Made by a program: the position numbers and the translations under genes
Notes under the pieces: model-generated
Seen by the model: the letters and a program-made list of their open reading frames with translations, nothing else
Told to the model about the DNA's origin: nothing
Databases searched by the model: none
In this document: positions 40,021 to 49,107 of the stretch, piece by piece
Layout of the letters: the number at the start of each line of letters is the position of its first letter
Numbering within the stretch: the first letter of the stretch is position 1
DNA from: Nitrospirota bacterium
Lineage (GTDB): Bacteria; Nitrospirota; Thermodesulfovibrionia; Thermodesulfovibrionales; Dissulfurispiraceae
DNA length: 64,000 bases
Assembly (NCBI GenBank): GCA_963790025.1
Contig: CAWBMP010000002.1
Coordinates: 1-64,000 of the forward strand
Direction of reading: 5' to 3'

Positions 40021-40054
40021 GAAAAAATATATTGAAAATTCCAGCGGGATGTTC

Positions 40055-40137
40055 AGACTTAATACTTGCATTGCTACTGCCCTATTGTTCATTGTCTTTA
40101 GATAACCGAAGGATTAATCAAGTATTAAGTCTGACCC
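40055..40137. repeat. REP-like 19-bp inverted repeat; left arm interrupted by IS110
   Basis: gggtc(38587-91)+agacttaatacttg(40055-68) versus caagtattaagtctgaccc(40119-37). Confidence 0.8.
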
Positions 40138-40371
40138 AAGAGTGATACTCCCTGACACTCCCGGCAGTCTTATCTTTTGTTGATCAACCGGACAATCAAT
40201 TTCATAATGGTTGTTTTTTTTAGGAGCCGGGGAATACAGCGAGGGGTAAACAACCAACCTACCCTCCCTGTCGGATTCAACAGTTTTGTTGTTTTTTGTT
40301 TTAACCATTCCCTAATGTACCAAAACCCTCGGCGGACACACCAAATTAGCTGCGTATTCCATGCAGCTAAA

Positions 40372-40890
40372 TCAGTCAAATAAAATTGATTTGAGTTTGA
40401 TAACATTTTCATCTTCAGGATTACAAAGTTCCGAACATTTATCAAGAGAGACTTCTACTTTGCTCAATGCTGCCGCAAAAGACATACACGTCGGGTATCC
40501 ACATTTCTTACAATTGTTTTTTGGTAATAATTTATAAATATTCAGGGCAGGGATATGCTTGAACTTCTTATCATTAGGTTGCATTGAATCTTTTTTGGAG
40601 TAAATATCATTGAGAAATTCAATGAGCTTTTCAATTGTTGTAATAGCGTGGGCCTTGTTTTCTACCACTGCCAAAACACCATTATCCGGATATAGTGCAC
40701 AGTGGAACTCATTAAAATTAAATTTAATATAATGCGGCTTATCAAAATATAATGGTTTTGTTGCTACCGCATTGATATATGGGAATAACGAAGAAATATC
40801 AGAATTAAATTTAAATTTAACCTTAAATTCTAAACTACCTGCCTCACACTCACGCCTTTCCAAAATAATATCTGAATATTCTATTATCAT
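40372..40890 (-). CDS. (Fe-S)-binding domain protein
   Basis: C-terminal IYKLLPKNNCKKCGYPTCMSFAAAL...C. Confidence 0.8.
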   Translation of the reverse strand: MIIEYSDIILERRECEAGSLEFKVKFKFNSDISSLFPYINAVATKPLYFDKPHYIKFNFNEFHCALYPDNGVLAVVENKAHAITTIEKLIEFLNDIYSKKDSMQPNDKKFKHIPALNIYKLLPKNNCKKCGYPTCMSFAAALSKVEVSLDKCSELCNPEDENVIKLKSILFD

Positions 40891-40974
40891 AAATTTTCCC
40901 TTTCAGTTAGTCCAGTTCTATTACTCCTCCCCTTGACCTAAAAGATAAAACCTGACCTATCAGTCAACACGGTA

Positions 40975-41811
40975 TTAGATTTCCATGACTATTCCCACAT
41001 TAGCAAAAAAGAAACGCTCTTTCAGCGCGGCATGCAGCAGCGATGCCTTCATCAGCCCAGTGCAATGAGAGACACCTAAATGTTCAATACGATATTTGTC
41101 AATTACCTTTAACGTTCCTTCGAATTGCTCCTCACTTGAAAAGTTCAAGTGCGTGCCGCCGATCACAGCATAAATGGTATCTTTCTTGAATGTCCCGACT
41201 ATATGGTCGAGTATGTTTATTACTCCTGCATGAGCACAGCCCAAAATAATGACCAATCCCTTGTCGGTATCTATAATCAGGGAGAGATCATCGTTCAGCG
41301 GGTCAAGTTTACCTATTATGTCGTTTTCATCACGAATAAACATGTTCCTGTCGCCTTTTTCAAATGCATTCACGCGGGGGATTTCACCCGTAACGTATAC
41401 ATTTTTGCCGATTTCAGTCAACCGGGTGTTGAACCTGAATTCTGCGCCCAGCGATTCCAGATAGGTCCGGGTAAAGGGGATTCCTATGTATTTAAGTATC
41501 CCGTCTTTCTCCCAAAAACGCTCTGTAAAAATTTCCGGATGTGTATAAACAGACTTTTTTCCGGTTATTTGAAGCACCTGAGGCAACCCTCCGGTGTGAT
41601 CATAATGTCCATGGCTGATGATGATCGAATCGATACCGGAAAGGTCTTTTTTCAGGGCAAATGCATTGTTTACGATTCCCAGTCCTTGTCCCGTGTCGAA
41701 AAGATAATTGGCATGTTCGGTCTCTATATAACAAGCAAAACCATGCTCGCCTATGACTGAAAACGGGACTGCGACAGAATTCTCGCATAATATGGTTATC
41801 TTCGTCTTCAT
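40975..41811 (-). CDS. MBL-fold metallo-hydrolase
   Basis: EHG, LFDTGQ, SHGHYDHTGGL, GCAHAG, GGTHL, SHCTG. Confidence 0.9.
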   Translation of the reverse strand: MKTKITILCENSVAVPFSVIGEHGFACYIETEHANYLFDTGQGLGIVNNAFALKKDLSGIDSIIISHGHYDHTGGLPQVLQITGKKSVYTHPEIFTERFWEKDGILKYIGIPFTRTYLESLGAEFRFNTRLTEIGKNVYVTGEIPRVNAFEKGDRNMFIRDENDIIGKLDPLNDDLSLIIDTDKGLVIILGCAHAGVINILDHIVGTFKKDTIYAVIGGTHLNFSSEEQFEGTLKVIDKYRIEHLGVSHCTGLMKASLLHAALKERFFFANVGIVMEI

Positions 41812-41914
41812 GCGCTTTTCCTCCTGGATCCGTTTACGGGATGACCTTTTTTCGGCCCCCCCGTGTATGCAATAAAACCTTAATTCCCGTAAACCATATT
41901 AACGGCAGTAGCAA

Positions 41915-42685
41915 TTATTTGCCAACTACAAATGTTGTCGTGTCCGCTCCGCTATTCCCTGTTACGGGATCAAATGAATAAACAGTGACCTCATAGACGC
42001 CTTCTTTATTTACTTCAAGCATACTTTCAAAGGTACTTGTCTTATTCGCAAAAGATAGAGGGATTACTGTCGATACTGCACCATTAAATTTCACTATTGC
42101 CTTGACTTCGTATTTGTTGGCATCCCATATGCCCCCCGGTGTTATGGGGCAACCACACATCATCATGACATTTGCCCTCACCGATACCCTTATCTTTCCA
42201 TCTACCAGCTTCATCATCTCATTGGCCTGAGGTGCAAGCACGTTGACAGAGAAACCGTAGACATCTAAGATTATTCCATCTCCAGTAATATTCTTACCAG
42301 GTATTAACCATATCTGAGTAGTGTTTTTAGACATAGATTGCCTCTGACCATAAGGCGCATAAATCTCAATTGTGACAAACTTCGGTTCTGCTATATCAAG
42401 CGTTGTCTCGAACTTTGCGGCACTATTATCGCTTATGGGAACTCCTCGGCGAATCGGCTCTGACATGATTTTCTGAGTGTTTCCGGTTTCCCCTGTTGTG
42501 ACCCCTTTGGCAAGCACCTCTCCCGTTTCGGAATCCTTAATAATGACTATGGCACCTGCCATGGTACTGCCGATAAACTTGGCGTCCTTTGCTTTTGCTC
42601 TGACCGTAATCTTTGTCTGAGTTGCCTCCGATACTCCAGCAAAAAGAAAAAACATGAACACAATCATCATTATTTTTTTCAGCAT
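41915..42685 (-). CDS. Exported hypothetical protein with MMCGCP motif
   Basis: Sec signal peptide ending SEA; AKDAKFIG, MMMCGCPITPGG. Confidence 0.7.
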   Translation of the reverse strand: MLKKIMMIVFMFFLFAGVSEATQTKITVRAKAKDAKFIGSTMAGAIVIIKDSETGEVLAKGVTTGETGNTQKIMSEPIRRGVPISDNSAAKFETTLDIAEPKFVTIEIYAPYGQRQSMSKNTTQIWLIPGKNITGDGIILDVYGFSVNVLAPQANEMMKLVDGKIRVSVRANVMMMCGCPITPGGIWDANKYEVKAIVKFNGAVSTVIPLSFANKTSTFESMLEVNKEGVYEVTVYSFDPVTGNSGADTTTFVVGK

Positions 42686-42756
42686 AAAACTCCTTCTTAA
42701 AAAGATAAATATATTATTTGCATAATTGTATAAAGCTCACCATATGAACTTTATAC

Positions 42757-43338
42757 TCAAAACTTCTTTTTACCTATCAGAAAATTGTGATAGGCCAGAA
42801 TGTCATGCTTTTTTACATCTGAGAAGCCACACATGAACATCTGATGCTCGATTACATTTTCCGCTACCCTGATATCAATGGGAGGGCCTTCGGGAGTCTC
42901 CTCTTTCTTCCAGTCGATAATCATAAGTTTGCCGCCGTTCTTTAACAGTCTGAAAGACTCCCTGATTATCGCAACAGGATCATCAAGTTCGTGGTGAAGA
43001 TTTATCATGTATACTAAGTCTGCCGTACCATCTGCAATAGGAACGGAACTCTCCTCCATCTTTACAGGAATTATGATTGTTTTTGAGTCTACAGGCAGGT
43101 TGTTTTCCATCCAGCCGATAAGTTCTTCGGAAATATCACAGGCATAAACCTTCCCGCTTATCATTTTCTTGCTGAAAAGGAGGGCAAAAAAACCAGTTCC
43201 AGCTCCGATATCAATCAAAACGGAAGGCTTTTCAATATCTGTTTTCTCCCAGATAATTTCAGGATTAAGATATTGCAGTCTCCCCGGATCATTAAGTTTA
43301 TCAAGTTTCTTGGGATCAAATTTCTTTGAATCGTTCAA
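42757..43338 (-). CDS. Class I SAM-dependent methyltransferase
   Basis: IDIGAGTGFF, LHHEL, LKNGG...IDW...GPP. Confidence 0.88.
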   Translation of the reverse strand: MNDSKKFDPKKLDKLNDPGRLQYLNPEIIWEKTDIEKPSVLIDIGAGTGFFALLFSKKMISGKVYACDISEELIGWMENNLPVDSKTIIIPVKMEESSVPIADGTADLVYMINLHHELDDPVAIIRESFRLLKNGGKLMIIDWKKEETPEGPPIDIRVAENVIEHQMFMCGFSDVKKHDILAYHNFLIGKKKF

Positions 43339-43394
43339 CGGTTTGATGACCTCCTTAAAGCATCTGAGTTGAATTTCTCAAATCAAAGTTGTCT

Positions 43395-43586
43395 TTATTT
43401 GCATTTTTTGCAAGTTGAAAAACCGAGTAAGGCATATGGGGGGCACCAACCCACCAGCCCTGTCAACAAAGGAACAATCCCCAAAAAAGCCCACGGAGAT
43501 TTCGGGCCTATAAAGGCCAACGATATTATACCGATTCCCGCCACTATTCTTACAACCCTTTCTGCTGATCCAACATTAATTTTCAT
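43395..43586 (-). CDS. DUF2892 (YgaP-like) membrane protein
   Basis: MKINVGSAERVVRIVAG...PLLTGLVGWCPPYALLGFSTC; GGAGG RBS. Confidence 0.85.
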   Translation of the reverse strand: MKINVGSAERVVRIVAGIGIISLAFIGPKSPWAFLGIVPLLTGLVGWCPPYALLGFSTCKKCK

Positions 43587-43649
43587 CTTAGTCCTCCCCA
43601 CAGTTATTTCAATCTGATTATAGTTTGTCGATAGTACTATGAAAAAGTA

Positions 43650-43664
43650 TGTGACTTTATCACA
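43650..43664. promoter_or_regulatory. Crp/Fnr-type dyad
   Basis: TGTGA-CTTTA-TCACA between the Crp gene and the DUF2892 gene; TATAAT on minus strand at 43617-43622. Confidence 0.65.
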
Positions 43665-43677
43665 GAAGAAAAAAATT

Positions 43678-44316
43678 TCAGTTATTCAGCTTAATGCAAC
43701 TTCTTGAGAGAACAATATTCCCCTGTCTTTCAAAATCTTTCAGCAGGCGGCTCACTACCTCTCTTGATGTGCCCAGATCATTTGCTATTTCTTGATGGGT
43801 AGAATGAATTTCTCCATTCTCAGCTTCTTTTTTGAGGTGATCGAGCAATCTCTCATCCATTCTGCCGAATGCAACCTCTTCTATAAGAGCCATAACAGAT
43901 GCCAGTCGCTGACTTAGCAATTTAAAAATGAAGTCCCTCACTTCTCCATATTTTGATATCAACCCTCTAAAAGTATCGGCAGGGATGAGCAGAATTTCCC
44001 CTTCCTTCAGGGCTAGTGCATTTGCCGGATATGGCTCATGAGATAATATGCACGATGCATTGAGGATGCATGTTTCTCCCCTCGTTATCTCATAAAGAGT
44101 AATTTCACGCCCGTTTGCGCCGGTTTTAAAAACTCTTATTTCTCCGGAAAGTACAAAGGCAATGGCTGAACATGAATCGCCTTCTGTATAAATGACAACG
44201 TCTTTAGGAAAGCTCGTATACCGGCAACTTGACAGTATCTCCGTTATCAGAGTTTCCGGACCATTGTTAAATACCGGGAAAATGTCCATAAATTCATTTT
44301 TTGTTATTGCTTTCAT
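43678..44316 (-). CDS. Crp/Fnr family transcriptional regulator
   Basis: cNMP-like domain (GREITLY..GETC) and HTH THQEIANDLGTSREVVSRLLK. Confidence 0.92.
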   Translation of the reverse strand: MKAITKNEFMDIFPVFNNGPETLITEILSSCRYTSFPKDVVIYTEGDSCSAIAFVLSGEIRVFKTGANGREITLYEITRGETCILNASCILSHEPYPANALALKEGEILLIPADTFRGLISKYGEVRDFIFKLLSQRLASVMALIEEVAFGRMDERLLDHLKKEAENGEIHSTHQEIANDLGTSREVVSRLLKDFERQGNIVLSRSCIKLNN

Positions 44317-44389
44317 GTAACTCTTTGGCTTGAGCAGAAGTGATTATGATTGTACCATTTCTGACGTTACTGTTGTGAACATACTCTCT

Positions 44390-44779
44390 TTATTTGCGGC
44401 CGGCAATATCTACCACTTTGGCTTCGGCATACTTTGAACCAAGGGCGGCAAATACGACCATCTGTGCGGAAAGGTCGGTGCATGCATAGTTTTCCATGGT
44501 GGTACGGATGTCGGTATGTCCGAGCACTCCCTGAATCGCTTGTATCGGTACCCCGGCTGTAGCCGCCTGGGATGCTACGGAATGCCGGGTTCCATTCTTA
44601 AGCTGAATCTTTACCCCTGCTTGTTTACACGCTTCGTTCCACATATTGTTTACCGGTTTAATGGTATATGGCCTGCCAGTTCGGGGATTCAGGAATATAA
44701 AAGCCTCAGGCAGTTTACCGGCACACTGATGAGCTTGATAATGCCCCACAAACGTCCTTTTGCCACAGTAGCGTAGCAC
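44390..44779 (-). pseudogene. Tyrosine integrase C-terminal fragment
   Basis: TRHSVAS...IQGVLGHTDIRTTMENYA catalytic box II; N-terminal domains absent. Confidence 0.75.
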
Positions 44780-44877
44780 AGGATCATGTTAGCCGCTCGT
44801 AAAAAGAATTTTGGTATCAGCTTTTATCTTCCTTATCTCGTCACCAGCTTCCGGAACCAGCGCCACCGCGCTTGCTT

Positions 44878-45315
44878 TCACGGCATTTCCTGTATCAACG
44901 TCTCCATATACTTTCGGAAGCCATCGTGCAGGATCCTCGTCCGGTCGCTCTCCCACATGGCGCGAAAGGCCGGTCGCTTCGCGATAGAAACCATACTGAC
45001 CTCCCACGAGGTAAAGTAATCATCTGTCAACTGGCCATACCTGTGGCTGAACCAGGCGATTTCGAACAAGCTCAGCTGTATAAGGTTATAGTAGTAGCCC
45101 CGCATTTCCTCTTTGGGAACCCCCTCCGGTCCCAGGGTAGGATCGTCGATGACCATCTTCCGGATTTGTAACTGGAGCTCAATAAGTTTGGTGAAATTCG
45201 CCACATACTGGGAGTATCGCCACCCTCGAAACTGCAAGGCCGCATACACCACCCCACCAGCCGCCGCCAGCACAGGAATGGCTTGCACAAGGTCATGGAG
45301 TATCGAGTTGTTCAC
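44878..45315 (-). CDS. Hypothetical protein with N-terminal TM helix
   Basis: 145-aa ORF, TM segment AIPVLAAAGGVVYAAL. Confidence 0.6.
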   Translation of the reverse strand: MNNSILHDLVQAIPVLAAAGGVVYAALQFRGWRYSQYVANFTKLIELQLQIRKMVIDDPTLGPEGVPKEEMRGYYYNLIQLSLFEIAWFSHRYGQLTDDYFTSWEVSMVSIAKRPAFRAMWESDRTRILHDGFRKYMETLIQEMP

Positions 45316-45547
45316 GGCTTTGTGTCACCATGCAAGGCAGTGAGGATTTCCTCATGAAGAACCATTAAAACATCCTTCATGTAAAAAGCCACTCTCATTT
45401 TCATGACTTCCTACATAATCTTCTGGAAATTTCTACGAGGCCCTATATATAACACCTGAGCTTTAACTAAAGAATATCATAAGAAGAAAATCTGTCAAGA
45501 ATTATGCAAAAAGGTCTTATGAGGATATACTATACTAAATTATTGAA

Positions 45548-45814
45548 ATGATCATGTCGATACTATTTGATTTCGGAGGCGTGTTGGCCGAAGAAGGCTT
45601 CAGAAAAGGACTGAGGGTTATCGCTATAAAGAACCACCTCAATCCTGGTGACTTTTTTACGGCAGCTACCGACTTTATATATCAGACCGGTTACATAAAA
45701 GTCACCTTTTCAAAAGGTTTCCACTTAGATAGTGAACGAATAATTAAACCCAAAAGGAGGAAAGGCGATGCTGACGAAAGAGCAAACAGTACAAATGAAA
45801 AAGGAAATTCGTGA
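45548..45814 (+). pseudogene. HAD hydrolase N-terminal fragment
   Basis: ILFDFGGVLAEEG motif I; later HAD motifs absent. Confidence 0.6.
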
Positions 45815-46025
45815 GGAGATGACCGCGCATTATGAATCGCCCGAAATGCAAGCGGCTTTTGAGGCCCTCATTAACGCTGTACACAAATATGAAGACGGTG
45901 AAAAGTCTTCAAAGGATTCCATGAAATTGATAGAAGCAACCTGTGATTTATTTGTGAAACATGTCGAATATTTGAAAACCAACAGCATTGACAGTATAGT
46001 GAAACGCTTTGTACGCGAAAAATAA
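45768..46025 (+). CDS. Hypothetical protein
   Basis: AAGGAGG upstream; 85 aa helical-looking ORF. Confidence 0.55.
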   Translation: MLTKEQTVQMKKEIREEMTAHYESPEMQAAFEALINAVHKYEDGEKSSKDSMKLIEATCDLFVKHVEYLKTNSIDSIVKRFVREK

Positions 46026-46138
46026 CAGCACTTTAAATTAAGCGCATCGTTTCAGGCTTATCTACGATCGTTTTCTGGTACTATGCACTCTGTTCAGCTC
46101 GGAGAGCAATGCGGATTTGTTTTGTAATTCGCATCCCT

Positions 46139-47695
46139 TCATAGAGATCTTCTACTTCCCAGGCCAAAGGAAATACCCAGATTTCTCATTCTAGCTCTTA
46201 ATGTACTTGAGTTTATCCCCAGCACTTCTGCAGCCCCCCCGTTCCCATGGACTTTGCCCTTCGTAAGGTTTAGAACATATTTAATGTGGCGTGCCATTAC
46301 ATCATCCATTAATAGAGATTCATTGCCTGAAGGCCAAACAATTGTTTTCGTTGTCTCTTTGTGAGGCAGCATACTATCAAAGGATAGCGGTTCTCCTTCC
46401 TTGTGTACTATAAGTGCCCGCTCCACAATGTTTTCAAGCTCCCTTACGTTTCCCGGCCAATCGTACTCCATGAGCAGGTCAATTGCCCCAGGTGAGAGGC
46501 TGGGAGGGTTTTTTATTCCGAGTTCATTTGATTTACGATTAATAAAATGATGCACAAGGGCCGGTATATCAGATGTCCTTTCCCGAAGCGGAGGGACCAT
46601 GATAGGAAATACGTTCAGCCTGAACCAGAGGTCTTCACGGAAGGTTCCTTCCCTGATCATGTCTTTGAGGTTACGGTGGGTTGCAGCGACGATTCTTATA
46701 TCAACCTTTACGGGACCTGATCCTCCGACCCGCTCGAATTCTTTCTGTTGCAGCACACGGAGCATTTTTACCTGCGCCTGCAGCGTCAACTCCCCTATCT
46801 CGTCCAGAAAAACGGTCCCATTATCAGCACGCTCGAAAATGCCGCGTTTTAAGGACATAGCACCCGTAAACGCCCCCTTTTCGTGACCGAATAGCTCACT
46901 ATCAACGAGCGTTTCAGGAATGGCGCCGCAGTTGACCCTTATGAACGGGCCCTCCCGGCGCATTGAAAGATTATGAATCGCGTTGGCAACTATTTCCTTG
47001 CCGACTCCCGTTTCACCGAGCAAAAGTACAGGACTGCTCAGATGGGCAACCTGCGCCGCCTTCTTCATAACATCCTTCATTCCCACTGCACTGCCCGTAA
47101 GTCTGTCCCCGGAAAGCCGCTTCACCTCTACTTGAAGGTGGCGGTTATCATCATCAAGCCTGTCCTTCAGCTTGAGTACTTCCTCATGCCTCAGGGCATT
47201 GGACAACGCGATAGCAAAAGGCTCTTTCAAAAGCGATACGAGTTGTGCATGTTCCTCGGTATGTGTAGTCTCTCCTTCCGTGCTGATAACAAGAGAGCCT
47301 ATTTCGTCGCTCTCCAGAATGAGCGGCATTACAATACTCGATGTGGCGGGTTTTCTTTGAAACTGCCGACCGAAAATATCTGCTATGACAAAAAAAACCG
47401 GATCGGAATTCGAACGGTGAAAAATTCTTACGTTTCCGGGATGAAAAAGTTTCATAACGAAGTCCCGTGCCTCGGGGGGCATATGGGTAAATATGTTTAC
47501 CGCTTTACTTTCCTCTTTTGTTGCGACGACGAGCGTCCTTACAGAAGCCAAATCACTCTGATAAAGGTGAAGGCTCATCCAATCGACCGGCATCATAGGA
47601 GAGAGGTACGAGAAACATCTTCCTACTGCTTTCGAAAGGTCGAGGCTGCTCAGTATCTGGAGCGTTGCTTGTCTGTAAAATTCATTTTCGTCCAT
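46139..47695 (-). CDS. Sigma54-dependent activator (GAF-AAA-HTH, FhlA-like)
   Basis: GETGVGKE, ELFGHEKGAFTGA, FLDEIGE, WPGNVRELEN, GAAEVLGINSSTLRARM. Confidence 0.95.
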   Translation of the reverse strand: MDENEFYRQATLQILSSLDLSKAVGRCFSYLSPMMPVDWMSLHLYQSDLASVRTLVVATKEESKAVNIFTHMPPEARDFVMKLFHPGNVRIFHRSNSDPVFFVIADIFGRQFQRKPATSSIVMPLILESDEIGSLVISTEGETTHTEEHAQLVSLLKEPFAIALSNALRHEEVLKLKDRLDDDNRHLQVEVKRLSGDRLTGSAVGMKDVMKKAAQVAHLSSPVLLLGETGVGKEIVANAIHNLSMRREGPFIRVNCGAIPETLVDSELFGHEKGAFTGAMSLKRGIFERADNGTVFLDEIGELTLQAQVKMLRVLQQKEFERVGGSGPVKVDIRIVAATHRNLKDMIREGTFREDLWFRLNVFPIMVPPLRERTSDIPALVHHFINRKSNELGIKNPPSLSPGAIDLLMEYDWPGNVRELENIVERALIVHKEGEPLSFDSMLPHKETTKTIVWPSGNESLLMDDVMARHIKYVLNLTKGKVHGNGGAAEVLGINSSTLRARMRNLGISFGLGSRRSL

Positions 47696-47729
47696 TCAAT
47701 ATCTCCTCAGGAACTCTCAAAATGGAATT

Positions 47730-47796
47730 TTGTCATATATCACCATGTTAGCCCATTATTGCCAAATATGGCAATAAAAATTGTGATATATGACAA
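47730..47796. promoter_or_regulatory. Inverted-repeat upstream activator sites
   Basis: TTGTCATATATCAC (47730-43) / GTGATATATGACAA (47783-96) enclosing TTATTGCCA-AATA-TGGCAATAA (47756-77). Confidence 0.7.
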
Positions 47797-47846
47797 TAGT
47801 GGGATTCTATCTTATATATCACATTGAAAATAAAATATTTTTTGCC

Positions 47847-47862
47847 TGGCACGATAGTCGCA
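47847..47862 (+). promoter_or_regulatory. Sigma54 -24/-12 promoter
   Basis: TGGCACGATAGTCGCA (GG-N10-GC). Confidence 0.8.
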
Positions 47863-47937
47863 ATAAGCATAAGGCAAGAAGTTAAATAGATGATCACAGC
47901 TCTACACTACGTCTGAAGGTGTCTAAAGGAGATTTTA

Positions 47938-48549
47938 ATGGGAGCCAAGGAAAAAAGAGCCGAGTACAAGGAAGAGGTTCGACGAGAGATTCTCGATGCA
48001 TCACGCGATCTTTTTATGAATGAAGGTTACGAAAAGTTCTCTATGAGAAAGCTCGCTGAAAAAATAGAGTATCCGCCGACAACCATCTGTCTTTATTTCA
48101 AAGATAAGGATGATCTGCTTTTCGCATTATGTGAAGAGGTTGCCGAGCACTTTTTCGCTGACCTGACCAATATCAGAACGGCACAAAGTGATCCGGTCGA
48201 GTCCCTTCGTCAAGCACTGCTCTACCTTGTAGAGTTCAGATTTGATAACCCTAACGAATATAAACTTTTTTTCATCACGAACCCCACAGTATACAGCACC
48301 CTTGAGGATTTCATGGAAAAGGAATCGATGGCACGGAATTCCTATTTCGTATTCAGGGAAATAGTGAGGAACTGCATGGCAACAGGGAAGCTTCAAGAAA
48401 TAGATATCGATGTTCTGGCGCAGGTTCTTACCGTAGCAACGTGTGGATTGGCAGCACAGACCATCGATAAAACAAGTTTCCCCTGGCTCGACCGCAACGT
48501 GCTGGCACATACTCTGGTTGAAGGATTGCTGAGGGGTTTTCGGAAGTGA
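47938..48549 (+). CDS. TetR/AcrR family regulator
   Basis: ILDASRDLF..EGYEKFSMRKLAEKIEY.PTTI.LYFKDKDDLL. Confidence 0.9.
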   Translation: MGAKEKRAEYKEEVRREILDASRDLFMNEGYEKFSMRKLAEKIEYPPTTICLYFKDKDDLLFALCEEVAEHFFADLTNIRTAQSDPVESLRQALLYLVEFRFDNPNEYKLFFITNPTVYSTLEDFMEKESMARNSYFVFREIVRNCMATGKLQEIDIDVLAQVLTVATCGLAAQTIDKTSFPWLDRNVLAHTLVEGLLRGFRK

Positions 48550-48591
48550 TTTTCTTATTTTCATTTAAGAACGTTTCAAAGGAGAAAAGTT

Positions 48592-49107
48592 ATGAATACT
48601 TCAATTATCAGCGCAATGGCCGGCGTGTTAGGATCGGTCTTCGGTGCCTCAACAGCGATCGCTATCGCCTGGATCACTCAAAAGACGCTCCATAAGCGCG
48701 AGTTGATTCGAACGGAGATCGACAAGCGTGAAATGCTATACGGCAGATTCATCGCCGAGTGCTCCAAACTCGTTGTTGACGCTTACGGGCATACATTGGA
48801 AAGGCCCGAGACGCTGTTGTCCGCGTATGCACTGCTGAACCGCATTAGGGTTTCGGCATCCGCCGCGGTTCTTGCACGGGCGGAACACATCTTGATGTGG
48901 ATCACGGAACAATACTTCTCGCCCAACCTTTCAACTGATGACATGCGTGCGCTTGTCCATTCGCCGGGGAATGACCCGCTGAAACCGTTCAGCGAGGCCT
49001 GCCGCGACGAACTCAAATCGATCCACTCGATCCACGGGGATTTCGTTACACGTGGGCTAAATGCAATACATCCGACTCATGGTGAGAGGAAGAGGCGATT
49101 TATATGA
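48592..49107 (+). CDS. Hypothetical membrane-anchored protein
   Basis: AAGGAG RBS; N-terminal TM. Confidence 0.65.
   Translation: MNTSIISAMAGVLGSVFGASTAIAIAWITQKTLHKRELIRTEIDKREMLYGRFIAECSKLVVDAYGHTLERPETLLSAYALLNRIRVSASAAVLARAEHILMWITEQYFSPNLSTDDMRALVHSPGNDPLKPFSEACRDELKSIHSIHGDFVTRGLNAIHPTHGERKRRFI

Larger units (their letters stand above)
38590..40054 (+). mobile_element. IS110-family element (TC core at both ends, no terminal inverted repeats)
   Basis: Removing the element at TC (38590-91 / 40053-54) restores GGGTCAGACTTAATACTTG, the perfect reverse complement of 40119-40137; joined ends give TTGAAA-N17-TACCAT. Confidence 0.9.

Noticed and set aside
38632..40052. ATGT as an alternative IS110 core (38632-35 / 40049-52)
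   Set aside because: Gives poor junction promoter spacing (14 or 19 nt), does not restore the inverted repeat and does not match the left target guide; the TC core satisfies all three
40114..40445. Short overlapping ORFs right of the IS
   Set aside because: No motifs or clear RBS, and mutually overlapping; coding status unsupported
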